Below are positions 1 through 8,625 of a stretch of DNA of 12,623 nucleotides, piece after piece; the first letter of the stretch is position 1, and every line of letters starts with the position of its first letter. The DNA is taken from contig JAYGCN010000319.1 in NCBI GenBank assembly GCA_046583315.1, forward strand, positions 1 to 12,623, written 5' to 3'. The position numbers and the translations under genes were made by a program. The notes under the pieces were generated by a model. That model saw only the letters and a program-made list of their open reading frames with translations, did no database searches and was not told the origin of the DNA. This DNA is from Candidatus Hydrogenedentota bacterium (GTDB lineage Bacteria > Hydrogenedentota > Hydrogenedentia > Hydrogenedentales > GCA-2746185).

Positions 1-1053
1 CAGTATGAGGAGTCTTTGGCGGGTGTGCGCCGGGGAGACACCTCGCCCCGCGTACATTACACGCAAAAAGACAAGGACCACTTTATCGTCGACGTGGATC
101 CCTATGTGGTTCCGGGCGATCCGCGGAGTGGCTTGCTTCCCGGAGTTCATGATCTCGCGCTGGTGAACGGAACCGGCGACCGGAAAATACAGGCCTACAA
201 TTATCGAATGTGTCTCTCGTCTGAACCGAAGAATCGAATCCCTATCACCAAACCCGACACTTACCGCGCGATCGATCACGAGCTTCTGATCCGAAATTTC
301 GAAGCCGGAGACCTTCGTTTTCCGGCGTTGATTGAACCCCTCGGTGGCCGCGAAGACAAAGTTGATTGGAACAGTATGCACGCGGTGGGCAACGACTTTG
401 GCGGCGCGAATTGGGATTACCCGGAGGCAAGCTACACGCGGCGTCGAGACATAGAAAAGGCCCATCGCGACTATACGCGCGGGTTTCTCTGGACCTTGGC
501 CCACAATCCTCGTATTCCCAGAAATATTCGAACGTACGCGAGGCAATGGGGGCTTCCGAAAGACGAGTTTATGGACAATGAGCATTGGCCGTATCTGATC
601 TATATCCGGGAGGCGCGGCGAATGGTCAGTGATGTGGTGATGACCCAGACGGAGTGCGAGCATCGTCGGGTGGTGACCGATCCCGTGGCGCTTGCTGTGT
701 TCGGGATGGACTCGCATGTCGTTCAGTATTTCGTGAACGAAGAGGGAACCGTGCGGCGTGACGGGGTGATTTGGCGCACACCGCCCGGACCCTACGGTAT
801 ATCGTATCGTTCGATTGTTCCCCGGGCGGACGAGTGCAAAAATCTGCTCGTGCCGGTTTGCCTATCGGCATCCCACGTAGCGCACGGATCCATTCGAATG
901 GAACCGGTATTCATGGGACTCGGTCAGGCGGCCTCAACAGCGGCAGGTCTCGCGATTGATCGTGACCTATCCGTGCAAGACATCGGCTACCGGGAATTGA
1001 GCAAGCGATTGACGGGCAACGGTCTGGTCTTCGAAGTACCTTCTAGCGATTGA
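1..1053 (+). CDS. FAD-dependent oxidoreductase (FAD_oxidored/PF12831-like, often auto-annotated 'xanthan lyase'), 5'-truncated by the window edge
   Basis: The frame is open from base 1 (QYEESLAGVR...) to TGA at 1051-1053, so the TTG at 16 is probably not the true start. It carries motifs I recognise from this family's C-terminal half: IQAYNYRMCL, YIREARRM, MDSH, PYGISYRSIVP, NLLVPVCLSASHVAHGSIRMEPVFMGLGQAA. The N-terminal GxGxxG region lies outside the window. Confidence 0.85.
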   Translation, partial: QYEESLAGVRRGDTSPRVHYTQKDKDHFIVDVDPYVVPGDPRSGLLPGVHDLALVNGTGDRKIQAYNYRMCLSSEPKNRIPITKPDTYRAIDHELLIRNFEAGDLRFPALIEPLGGREDKVDWNSMHAVGNDFGGANWDYPEASYTRRRDIEKAHRDYTRGFLWTLAHNPRIPRNIRTYARQWGLPKDEFMDNEHWPYLIYIREARRMVSDVVMTQTECEHRRVVTDPVALAVFGMDSHVVQYFVNEEGTVRRDGVIWRTPPGPYGISYRSIVPRADECKNLLVPVCLSASHVAHGSIRMEPVFMGLGQAASTAAGLAIDRDLSVQDIGYRELSKRLTGNGLVFEVPSSD

Positions 1054-1074
1054 TTGTGCGAATCTGCGCGCCGA

Positions 1075-2379
1075 TTATTTCACCGCTGCGTATACGGCGT
1101 TGTGAAAGGTGAAGCGTTGCATGTAGGTGCCGCTTGGCATGAGCTGGGTGCAGATGAGACCCACGAGATCGTTTTCCTTGTCAATCCAGAAATCGGTGCT
1201 AGCCGCGCCGCCCCAGGTATATTGCCCTGCGCCGCCGAAGGCCGTCGTTGTGTACCCTTCACGAATCACAGCGCCTGTGTAGCCGAATCCGATGCCTTCC
1301 ACCATGACGGGAATCAATGCGCCGAGAGGTGACTTGCCGAGCGCGGGATCAAGCTGGTCCGACGTCATTTCGCGCACGCTTTCTTCTTTGAGAATTCGCA
1401 CGCCGTCGAGTTCGCCGCCGTTGAGCAGCATTTGGGCGAATCGCAGGTAGTCTGAGGCTGTACAGAGCAAGCCCGCACCGCCAGCATCGAGTCCGGGCAG
1501 TGTCAAATAGGCACTGTTTACAGGGTCATCGACAAGGGTCATCCCGTCTTTTTTGGGTGTGGGCGCATAGTTTGCCGCGAAACGGTCTACTTCCGACTCC
1601 TGCACGAAAAACCCGGCATCCTTCATTTTTAGGGGTTTGAAAATGCGTTCATCCAGGAAATCACCGTAGCGCTGACCTGAAATCACTTCCACGACGCGAC
1701 CCAGGATATCCATGGAGATGCTGTAATTCCACGCGGTGCCGGGGTGCGCGATCAAGGGAAGTTTGGCGACGCGTTTGGCGTATTCCTCGAGCGAGATGCC
1801 GGGATCGTTGTGATCGCTCTCGCCGTAGAGTTCGGTGACGGGCGACTCGATGAAAAAGTAGGAAAGCCCCGAGGTGTGGGTCAGCAATTGTTTGATGGTT
1901 ATCGGTTTATCGGCAGGCACGATTTCTGTGGACCCGTCGGCTTTCGTTTCGAGCACGGTCAGGTTCTTGAACTCGGGGATGTATTTCGACACCAGATCAT
2001 CTACGCTCAGTTTTCCTTCCTGCACGAGAATCATGACTGCCGTACCGGTGACAGGTTTGGTCATCGAGTACATGCGAAAGATGGTGTCTTTCTCCATCGG
2101 CTTGTCACGCTCTACGTCACGTTTTCCGAAGGCTTCAAAATGAACAATTTTTCCTTCTTTGGCGACAACGGTCACGAAACCCGGTACCTGATTCTTGTCG
2201 ATGAAGCCGGAGAGCGCTTTAGGAATCGCATCGAGTTTTTCCTGAGACAGCCCGAGCGATTCAGCATCACCGAGGGGTAATCCAAGGTTGGCTTCGGCAT
2301 AGGTTGGAGAGGCCGACAGCGCGATGATGAGTGAAAGGGCGGCGCCGATTTTAGCTATGCGGGAAAGACGGGTGAACAT
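1075..2379 (-). CDS. Secreted serine hydrolase, beta-lactamase/class C-like fold (family VIII esterase/EstB-like)
   Basis: 434 aa. Sec signal peptide (MFTRLSRIAKIGAALSLIIALSASPTYA). Catalytic SxxK in FRMYSMTK, LLTHTSGL, catalytic Tyr in PGTAWNYS, WGG motif in YTWGGAAST. GGAG Shine-Dalgarno (SD) sequence upstream of the ATG. Confidence 0.9.
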   Translation of the reverse strand: MFTRLSRIAKIGAALSLIIALSASPTYAEANLGLPLGDAESLGLSQEKLDAIPKALSGFIDKNQVPGFVTVVAKEGKIVHFEAFGKRDVERDKPMEKDTIFRMYSMTKPVTGTAVMILVQEGKLSVDDLVSKYIPEFKNLTVLETKADGSTEIVPADKPITIKQLLTHTSGLSYFFIESPVTELYGESDHNDPGISLEEYAKRVAKLPLIAHPGTAWNYSISMDILGRVVEVISGQRYGDFLDERIFKPLKMKDAGFFVQESEVDRFAANYAPTPKKDGMTLVDDPVNSAYLTLPGLDAGGAGLLCTASDYLRFAQMLLNGGELDGVRILKEESVREMTSDQLDPALGKSPLGALIPVMVEGIGFGYTGAVIREGYTTTAFGGAGQYTWGGAASTDFWIDKENDLVGLICTQLMPSGTYMQRFTFHNAVYAAVK

Positions 2380-2423
2380 GGGAAAAACTCCAAGTTGAGG
2401 CTCAGGCTATGGTTGAACAGTCC

Positions 2424-2452
2424 ATTATGCGCGCCACTGGGACATTTTTCAA
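2424..2452 (-). promoter_or_regulatory. Putative sigma70-type promoter for the serine hydrolase
   Basis: The minus strand reads TTGAAA (2452-2447), a 17-nt spacer, then CATAAT (2429-2424), within the 107-bp gap upstream of the ATG at 2379. Confidence 0.55.
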
Positions 2453-2486
2453 TATTCGCGATGTGACTGTAAACAAGGGGGAATCG

Positions 2487-4031
2487 CTACTTTTCGAGCA
2501 ATAACCGCACCCTTTTCCGAAAATACTCGAGCATTTCTTCTTCGGTTGCGTCGAGGTCTTTGGGCACGTTGTCGCCGGTGACCATGGGCGCGTTGGGGTC
2601 GACGTAGGCACGTCGGGCGGTGGTGCTCATGTACCATTCGAGTGCCGCTTGCTTGAAGTTCTGGACGATTTCCGCGTAGTCATTATCATTAAGCTTATTG
2701 TCGAGTTCGTAGGGATCGTTTTCCAAATCGAAGAAGAGATTCAACGTGGAGTCCACGTCCATGATAAGCTTGTAGCGTTTGTCGCGAACCATAAGACCAC
2801 GTTTGTCTTCGGTGAAGATAAGATTTCGCGGATTCGCGCGACCCGGTGTCCGTTTGCCCAACGCTTCGCCGCGCATGTCCTGTCCGGGTTTCTGACCCGT
2901 TGCAGAGAGAATGGTGCTGGTCACATCGAGCGTGTTGACCAGTTCGTCCGTGCGAACGCCGGCGTACTTTTGTTTCGGGTACTTGATAATGAGCGGAACC
3001 TTGGCCAAGGGATCGTAGAGGTGATTGCCCTTGAGAATCATGTGATGGAAACCCATGTATTCGCCGTGGTCTGCGGTGAAAATGATCAACGTGTTGTCGT
3101 ATAGCCCCTTTTCTTTCAACTCCGCCACGATGCGCCCGATGTGATGATCCATGTGCGTGATGATGGCATAATAATAGGCCGTGACCTTCTTGAGTGCGGG
3201 GATGGTCAGCGAGGAATTGTCGAAATAGCCCCGCGCGCGACGGGTGTCATGCGCAGGTGCTACATCGGTCCATCCGGGCAGAATCGACGTTGTTTCCGCG
3301 GTGTATCGCTCATGCCAGGGTGCCGGCGGGTCGAAGGGATGATGCGGTTTCAGGAATCCGGCCATCAGCAGATTGCCTTGGCCTTCGGTCCATTTTGAGA
3401 TTGTTTCCACGGCGCGATCTCCGGTCCACGTCGTGTGGTGATACTCCTCCGGCAAGTCGGAAACATATGCGCCAAAGTTTTCCCAATAGCCCTGTGGCGC
3501 GTCTTTGCGAAACTCCCGTTCCTGGTCGACGAGATCCATCACGTTCAAGGTGTCCTCGTCTTTCAAGTGCCGATGGTAGTCGTCCACATTGCGACCGCGA
3601 CCGTTTTGTTCGGCGAGTAACATCGTGTCAAAACCGACATCTTGATAGGCTGGGGTAAAATGCATTTTTCCGACGGCGCTGGTTTCGTAACCTGCGTCGC
3701 GCAGAATCGAAGCGTAAGTCGGTGTGCCGGGAAGAACGGTTGAACGATTCGAAGAGCCGCCGTGTTGTTTGACGTACTGCCCCGTCATCAATGAAATGCG
3801 CGACGGGGTGCACACGGGCCACACGCAAAAACTGTTGTCGTAGAGAACGCCGTCAGCCGCGAGTGCGTCGAGATTCGGCGTCTGGATTTCCGTATTACCC
3901 GCTGCGCCGAGACAGTCATATCGATACTCGTCCGCGTAGATGATCAGGACGTTGACTGGGTCGTCTGCAGCAAAAGTGGGCCGACAAACGAGGCTGGAAA
4001 ATACGAGGGCTAAGGTCGCAGAAAGGCGCAT
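2487..4031 (-). CDS. Secreted Cys-type (formylglycine-dependent) sulfatase, arylsulfatase A/choline-sulfatase-like
   Basis: 514 aa. Signal peptide (MRLSATLALVFSSLVCRPTFA). NVLIIYADE metal site, CTPSR signature (CxPxR) followed by LMTG, plus GKMHF, PHHPF, FTADHGE and KVPLII. SD AAGGAG upstream. Confidence 0.93.
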   Translation of the reverse strand: MRLSATLALVFSSLVCRPTFAADDPVNVLIIYADEYRYDCLGAAGNTEIQTPNLDALAADGVLYDNSFCVWPVCTPSRISLMTGQYVKQHGGSSNRSTVLPGTPTYASILRDAGYETSAVGKMHFTPAYQDVGFDTMLLAEQNGRGRNVDDYHRHLKDEDTLNVMDLVDQEREFRKDAPQGYWENFGAYVSDLPEEYHHTTWTGDRAVETISKWTEGQGNLLMAGFLKPHHPFDPPAPWHERYTAETTSILPGWTDVAPAHDTRRARGYFDNSSLTIPALKKVTAYYYAIITHMDHHIGRIVAELKEKGLYDNTLIIFTADHGEYMGFHHMILKGNHLYDPLAKVPLIIKYPKQKYAGVRTDELVNTLDVTSTILSATGQKPGQDMRGEALGKRTPGRANPRNLIFTEDKRGLMVRDKRYKLIMDVDSTLNLFFDLENDPYELDNKLNDNDYAEIVQNFKQAALEWYMSTTARRAYVDPNAPMVTGDNVPKDLDATEEEMLEYFRKRVRLLLEK

Positions 4032-4049
4032 GAAAAACTCCTTCGAAGG

Positions 4050-5456
4050 TTAGGCCATCACGTCCGCGATGGGGATGCCGAGCCCGTCTTTTGTGACGTA
4101 AAAGGGCCGTTTTTCATAGAAATAATTCGTTTTTGGGCTGATGCCCATGGCGTTGTAAATGGTGGCGTGCAGATCCTCGATGGGCACCGGATTTTCAATA
4201 GTTTTGCAGGGGCGCTCGTCTGCTGTTTTGCCGTATACGAAGCCCTTTTTCACGCCGCCGCCGAACATCAGAACGGAGCCCGCGTCGGTGAAATGCCGAT
4301 GCATCCCGTAATGCTTAAGCTCGGTCATCACGGCGGGTACTTCGACCTGATCGGCGACTTTGTTTTCCGGTTTGCCTTCCGTGACCATGTCGCGACTGAA
4401 CTCGGTCGCTATGACGATTATCGTTCGATCGAGCAGTCCGCGATCCTCCAGATCAAGGACGAGCTGCGCAATAGGACGATCAATGATCGGTTTCAATTTT
4501 TTGAGCCGTGTGTGACCGTTTTCATGCGTGTCCCAATATTCAAACGGCACGTATTCGGTCGTGACTTCGACGACGCGCGCTCCTTGTTCGCAGAGGCGTC
4601 TGGCCAGCAGACAACCCAACCCGAACTTACTCGTGTTGTAGGTGTCGTAAACTTCTTTGGGTTCCTCGCTTAGATCGAATGCCTTGGCGGCGGGACTCGA
4701 CAACAGCTGGTCCGCGCGGTCCATAGAGGTGCTGAGCGAGTCGCGTTGATACGAACTACCGTGGCGCATGATGGGACTGGCATCGAGCATTTTCTTGTAG
4801 GCCTCGCGGCGTCGAGTGTACCGTGCGCCGGTCATGCCTGCGGGAGGTTGCACGACTGCCTGGGCGAGTGTGGGGTCGGCAATCATAAACGGGGAGTGTT
4901 CCGAACCCAGAAAACCCGCTGTGTGGAAGGCTTTTAATTCCTCGCCTTCACCGTTGTTCATGCCCTGACCGATATCGATAAAGGCGGGCAAATCCGAGTT
5001 ATTCTGACCCAATGTGCGGGCGATCATGGAGCCGATGTGGGGTGCGGCGATGGTGAGCGGCGGAGCATATCCCGTGTGCCAATGGTACTGATGCCGCGAG
5101 TGCAGTATCTTGCCTAAGTCCCCTGCTGTGTATGTCTTAATGAGGGTGCCTTTGTCCATAAGCGTGGCCAGTCGGTCAAGTCCCTCGCTGAAACGCACGC
5201 CGTCTACGGAGGTTGGAATAGACGGGAAGGTGCTCAATACCGCATCCGATGCCAGGTCTTTTTCGTAAGGTGTATAACGTTTCGGGTCGAAGGTTTCCGT
5301 GTGTGCCATGCCGCCGCCCATCCACAGAATGATGAGCGTGTCTGCGGTAGCTTCGGGTTGGATGAGGTCTTCGGCGAAAGCCATTTCCGGAGCGCCGGCT
5401 GACAAGGCACCGAGTGTTGCGACGCTGGCCGTTTTCAAAAAGTCTCTACGATTCAT
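4050..5456 (-). CDS. DUF1501 domain-containing protein with twin-arginine (Tat) signal
   Basis: MNRRDFLK Tat motif. Family motifs ILWMGGGMAHTETFDPK, FGLGCLLARRLCEQG, WDTH, LEDRGLLDRT, EFSR and DLHATI. The ATG at 5456 has GGAG 9 nt upstream, so I prefer it over the GTG at 5471. Confidence 0.88.
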   Translation of the reverse strand: MNRRDFLKTASVATLGALSAGAPEMAFAEDLIQPEATADTLIILWMGGGMAHTETFDPKRYTPYEKDLASDAVLSTFPSIPTSVDGVRFSEGLDRLATLMDKGTLIKTYTAGDLGKILHSRHQYHWHTGYAPPLTIAAPHIGSMIARTLGQNNSDLPAFIDIGQGMNNGEGEELKAFHTAGFLGSEHSPFMIADPTLAQAVVQPPAGMTGARYTRRREAYKKMLDASPIMRHGSSYQRDSLSTSMDRADQLLSSPAAKAFDLSEEPKEVYDTYNTSKFGLGCLLARRLCEQGARVVEVTTEYVPFEYWDTHENGHTRLKKLKPIIDRPIAQLVLDLEDRGLLDRTIIVIATEFSRDMVTEGKPENKVADQVEVPAVMTELKHYGMHRHFTDAGSVLMFGGGVKKGFVYGKTADERPCKTIENPVPIEDLHATIYNAMGISPKTNYFYEKRPFYVTKDGLGIPIADVMA

Positions 5457-5474
5457 GGGGTCAATCTCCACACA

Positions 5475-7361
5475 CTAAAATACAATCTGAAATTCAGGGT
5501 GATTAAACAGCAACCAAAGGATATCTTCCACGTCTTCGGTTTTAGTCAATTTATCGCCATACGATTCGAGTAAGGTTGCTTCACGCGTAGTCGGGGGTCG
5601 ACCGAGGGCTTGCTCGAACACCGTCGTTGGGGATACGTTGCCTTGCTTCAACAACGAGGTCGCGCTGCTGGTCAAGTAGGTCGCCAGTGTCTTGCCGTTC
5701 GTCAATTCCATGGCATGCAACCGCGTGTAGTCGGTCTCGCGAGCGAGCATGATCTGTTCACGATTCGGACGTCCCAAGGCCAGCATCATCGGGTCGGCGA
5801 TGGATCGCCAGGCGCGCACGGTGCCTTCCGATAGCGAGCCTTCTTCCGTCTTGGGATCGGATTCGGCTTTGGCTTGCCACACATTGGTCACGCAACCCAT
5901 CGCGTCATAGAGTTGTTCAACGGTGAGGCGTCTCGGCAGCGGTCCGGTGAATGTATAGGATGCTTCGTTAGGCTTGGACGATTCAGATTTGAGTTGATAG
6001 GCCTTCGACGTGACGATGGTTTTGAGCAAGATACGCAGGTCGTATCCTTCTTCAACAAACTGAGTCGATAGAGCGTCCAGCAACTCCGCATTCCACGGTT
6101 CGGCGTCCATTGAATCCAGCGGTTCCACCAGCCCGCGGCCCATCATCGTTTTCCAGAGGCGATTCACGATGGTGCGCGCAAACCACCCGTTTTCAGGGGT
6201 TGTCACAAGATCGGCCACCTGTTTTCGACGGGTTTCCAGGTCGGCCTCGGCATCGATTGTGCCCAGTTCCGACCACAAGAATTGCGTTTTGGCCATGGCG
6301 CCGGTGGGGGTATCACAGCGTGCGATCTCCATGGGCGCGGTCGCGAAAGCGTTGGCCAATCCGTAGGCATCGGACAGCTTCCATTGGTTCACGAAACTGT
6401 CGTGGCACGATGCACATTTCATGTTGATACCGAGGAAGACTTGCGACACACTGCGCGCGGCTTGCAATGGTACTTGTTGATTGGCCGTCTCCGCACCGCG
6501 CCATTTGATGCCGTTGATGAAGCCTTCGGCATTACCACGCGGCGCGATCAGTTCTCGCGCGAACACGTCGTAAGGTTTGTTTTTATTCAGCGCGCGGTAC
6601 AGCCAGGTGGTGATCTGTTTGCGTCCGCCATCGATGTATCCTGTGCCCTTGTAATCGTTCCGCAGCGCATCGTTCCAGAAGGTCATCCAGTGCTCGGCGT
6701 AACTGCGATCATCGGACAGCAACACATCGACGAGTACTTCCCGCTTGTGTCGATTCTTGTCAACGACGAAGGCATTCACCGCGTCCGTCGTGGGCAGCAA
6801 TCCAATGAGATCCATATACACACGGCGAATGTACTGACGATCATCGACGAGTTCAGGCGTATCCAGGTCATGCTTTTTGAAGTAGGCTCCGATGATTCGA
6901 TCGGTCGATTTTTTCGATTTGTGAATGCCCTTGCGGCGAGGTAGCTTCACCGAGGGCAGGTGTAGCGGGGCCTGCCAGATTTCTTCTTGCGTACCGCTCA
7001 GCGTCCAATCCAGGCCCGCATCGATCCAGCGTGCCAGAATATCGATTTGTTCCGGGGTGAGGCGTTCGCCCTTGGGCGGCATATGCTCGTCGGAGTCGGT
7101 ACTGGTGATCAGTTCCAGCAGAAGGCTCTCGCGACTATCCCCGATTTCCACGGCGTCGCCGAATTCGCCACCTTCCAGGAAAATGTCCCGGGTATTCATG
7201 CTGAAGCCACCCTTGCGATCATCCCCCGCATGGCACTTGAAGCAGCGCTCGGAGAGAATGGGGTGAACGTCGTCTTGAAAACTGACTGAATCGGCGGAAA
7301 ATGCGCAGGGCATTGCCATAATCGATGCCAAAATAGCGGTTACTATCGATTTTTTCCTCAT
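5475..7361 (-). CDS. Planctomycete cytochrome c + DUF1549 (PSCyt2) + DUF1553 (PSD1) domain protein
   Basis: Signal peptide MRKKSIVTAILASIMAMPCAFSA. VSFQDDVHPILSERCFKCH heme c motif (7230-7244) with HMPP and WIDAG. DUF1549 motifs RRVYMDLIGLLPT and a second CxxCH, CASCH (6402-6416). DUF1553 motifs FARTIVNRLWKTMMGRGLVEP, ELLDAL and IVTSKAYQ. I prefer the ATG at 7361 over the TTG at 7388. Confidence 0.88.
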   Translation of the reverse strand: MRKKSIVTAILASIMAMPCAFSADSVSFQDDVHPILSERCFKCHAGDDRKGGFSMNTRDIFLEGGEFGDAVEIGDSRESLLLELITSTDSDEHMPPKGERLTPEQIDILARWIDAGLDWTLSGTQEEIWQAPLHLPSVKLPRRKGIHKSKKSTDRIIGAYFKKHDLDTPELVDDRQYIRRVYMDLIGLLPTTDAVNAFVVDKNRHKREVLVDVLLSDDRSYAEHWMTFWNDALRNDYKGTGYIDGGRKQITTWLYRALNKNKPYDVFARELIAPRGNAEGFINGIKWRGAETANQQVPLQAARSVSQVFLGINMKCASCHDSFVNQWKLSDAYGLANAFATAPMEIARCDTPTGAMAKTQFLWSELGTIDAEADLETRRKQVADLVTTPENGWFARTIVNRLWKTMMGRGLVEPLDSMDAEPWNAELLDALSTQFVEEGYDLRILLKTIVTSKAYQLKSESSKPNEASYTFTGPLPRRLTVEQLYDAMGCVTNVWQAKAESDPKTEEGSLSEGTVRAWRSIADPMMLALGRPNREQIMLARETDYTRLHAMELTNGKTLATYLTSSATSLLKQGNVSPTTVFEQALGRPPTTREATLLESYGDKLTKTEDVEDILWLLFNHPEFQIVF

Positions 7362-7368
7362 GGGAACG

Positions 7369-7377
7369 AGTATACCA
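7369..7377 (-). promoter_or_regulatory. Putative extended -10 promoter (TGnTATACT), probably giving a leaderless transcript
   Basis: The minus strand reads TGGTATACT-CGTTCCC-ATG. The -10 hexamer lies 7 nt before the ATG at 7361, and no SD is present. Confidence 0.45.
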
Positions 7378-7408
7378 CTGGTCGTCAACGGATTCGAATG
7401 GATAGCGA

Positions 7409-8551
7409 TTATTCGCCGGCCTGATGCAGAATGAGGCCCTTCGGCGCTTGGTTTGTCGACAAATATTCGTCATGCTCGGCATCCGATTCGCCTTTCACAT
7501 ACTTGTTCAGGAACGCGGTCGTGTAGCCGTTGGTGTAGCGTATGATCTGGTCCATCGGCGTGTAGGTAATTTCTTCGCCGTTGGTGATGCGTGTGCCTTT
7601 GCCGATGCCGTCGCCGAAATCGGGTTGAAATTGTCCCATGTCCGAGAAGGAATAGTGGCCACCATCAATAAATTCGATCGAGTAGCGCGGACCCTTTGAG
7701 TTGTCATAATAATCGCGGATGACCTGATTTCCAGCCGCCTTGATAGTGCCGTCTTCGGTAGCGATAATCACCAGCACGGGCGTATCGTAGGTCGTGCGAT
7801 CCGGCGACACGGCAGCCATCGGCACAATCGCGTCAACTCGATCATCCGAATCCGCAATCAACGTTGAGGTGTATCCGCCAAAGGAATGCCCGCCCACGCC
7901 GATTTTTTCCACGTCAATCTTGCCCGTGAATCGACTGTCCGCTCCAGCCGTCCATTTCGTCATCGTGTCGATGATAAAGCTGACATCGAGAGGACGATTG
8001 ATGGCCGATTGTTCACGCGCGCTGCTGTTGTGGATAATGAGTTTTCCATCCACTACCGTCGCCGCCGCATTACCGGTGTGATCCGGAGACACGACGATGT
8101 ACCCATGGCTGGCGAGGTGTTCACACCAGAAGGTAGACTGCATCCGGAAGCCGCCGTTGCCGTGGGAGAAGATAATGAGTGGGAATTTTCCGTCGGCGAC
8201 AGGTGCGTCGCGGAAGGCGTTATTCTGGAAAGTCTTGTCAATTTCCGCGAGGTCGATTTTGAAGGCCATTTTCACTGCCATCGCGATGCCGGCGTGTTGA
8301 CCTTTTAACATAAAGTCCGAGAATTTATTCTCAGGGAATTGTTTCGCCAGGTCATTCGACGGATACCAGATCTCCGTCATGATCGTGCGCGGACCCTTCG
8401 TCGCCTCATCGTTGCGGTTGTTATCGACCAGCACCGTAGTTGTCACACCAACGGGATAGGGGCCGAACTCTTCGACAATCGCCGCCTGTGAAATAGCCGG
8501 AATAGACAGTAGGGCAACGCAGAAAAGAGTGGTCAACATACGGGTCAACAT
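7409..8551 (-). CDS. Secreted alpha/beta-hydrolase (PAF-acetylhydrolase/dienelactone hydrolase-like)
   Basis: 380 aa. Signal peptide ending ISQA. GPYPVG, FPLIIFSHG oxyanion region, EHLASHGYIVVSPDH, nucleophile elbow GHSFG, candidate Asp in ATEDG and candidate His in GGHYSF. SD AAGGAG upstream. Confidence 0.88.
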   Translation of the reverse strand: MLTRMLTTLFCVALLSIPAISQAAIVEEFGPYPVGVTTTVLVDNNRNDEATKGPRTIMTEIWYPSNDLAKQFPENKFSDFMLKGQHAGIAMAVKMAFKIDLAEIDKTFQNNAFRDAPVADGKFPLIIFSHGNGGFRMQSTFWCEHLASHGYIVVSPDHTGNAAATVVDGKLIIHNSSAREQSAINRPLDVSFIIDTMTKWTAGADSRFTGKIDVEKIGVGGHSFGGYTSTLIADSDDRVDAIVPMAAVSPDRTTYDTPVLVIIATEDGTIKAAGNQVIRDYYDNSKGPRYSIEFIDGGHYSFSDMGQFQPDFGDGIGKGTRITNGEEITYTPMDQIIRYTNGYTTAFLNKYVKGESDAEHDEYLSTNQAPKGLILHQAGE

Positions 8552-8593
8552 AGCAGGAACTCCTTGTTATCAAATGCGATTCGCGATCCGACC

Positions 8594-8622
8594 ATCATAC
8601 CTCTCATTGACCCCATTTACAA
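8594..8622 (-). promoter_or_regulatory. Putative sigma70-type promoter for the alpha/beta-hydrolase
   Basis: The minus strand reads TTGTAA (8622-8617), a 17-nt spacer, then TATGAT (8599-8594), 42 nt upstream of the ATG at 8551. Confidence 0.6.
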
Positions 8623-8625
8623 CTG

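Noticed and set aside
1075..2379. Antibiotic-resistance beta-lactamase (ampC)
   Set aside because: It has YSI rather than YxN and WGG rather than KTG, matching esterase-type members of the fold. Nothing in the sequence supports a resistance function.
2382..4041. Shared GGAGTTTTTC upstream of both the serine hydrolase (2382-2391) and the sulfatase (4032-4041)
   Set aside because: This is explained as an SD plus a U-rich spacer, and it is too short to call a regulatory repeat.
7369..7388. TTGACG...TATACT as a -35/-10 promoter pair
   Set aside because: The spacer is only 8 nt, which is incompatible with sigma70 geometry. Only the extended -10 is retained.
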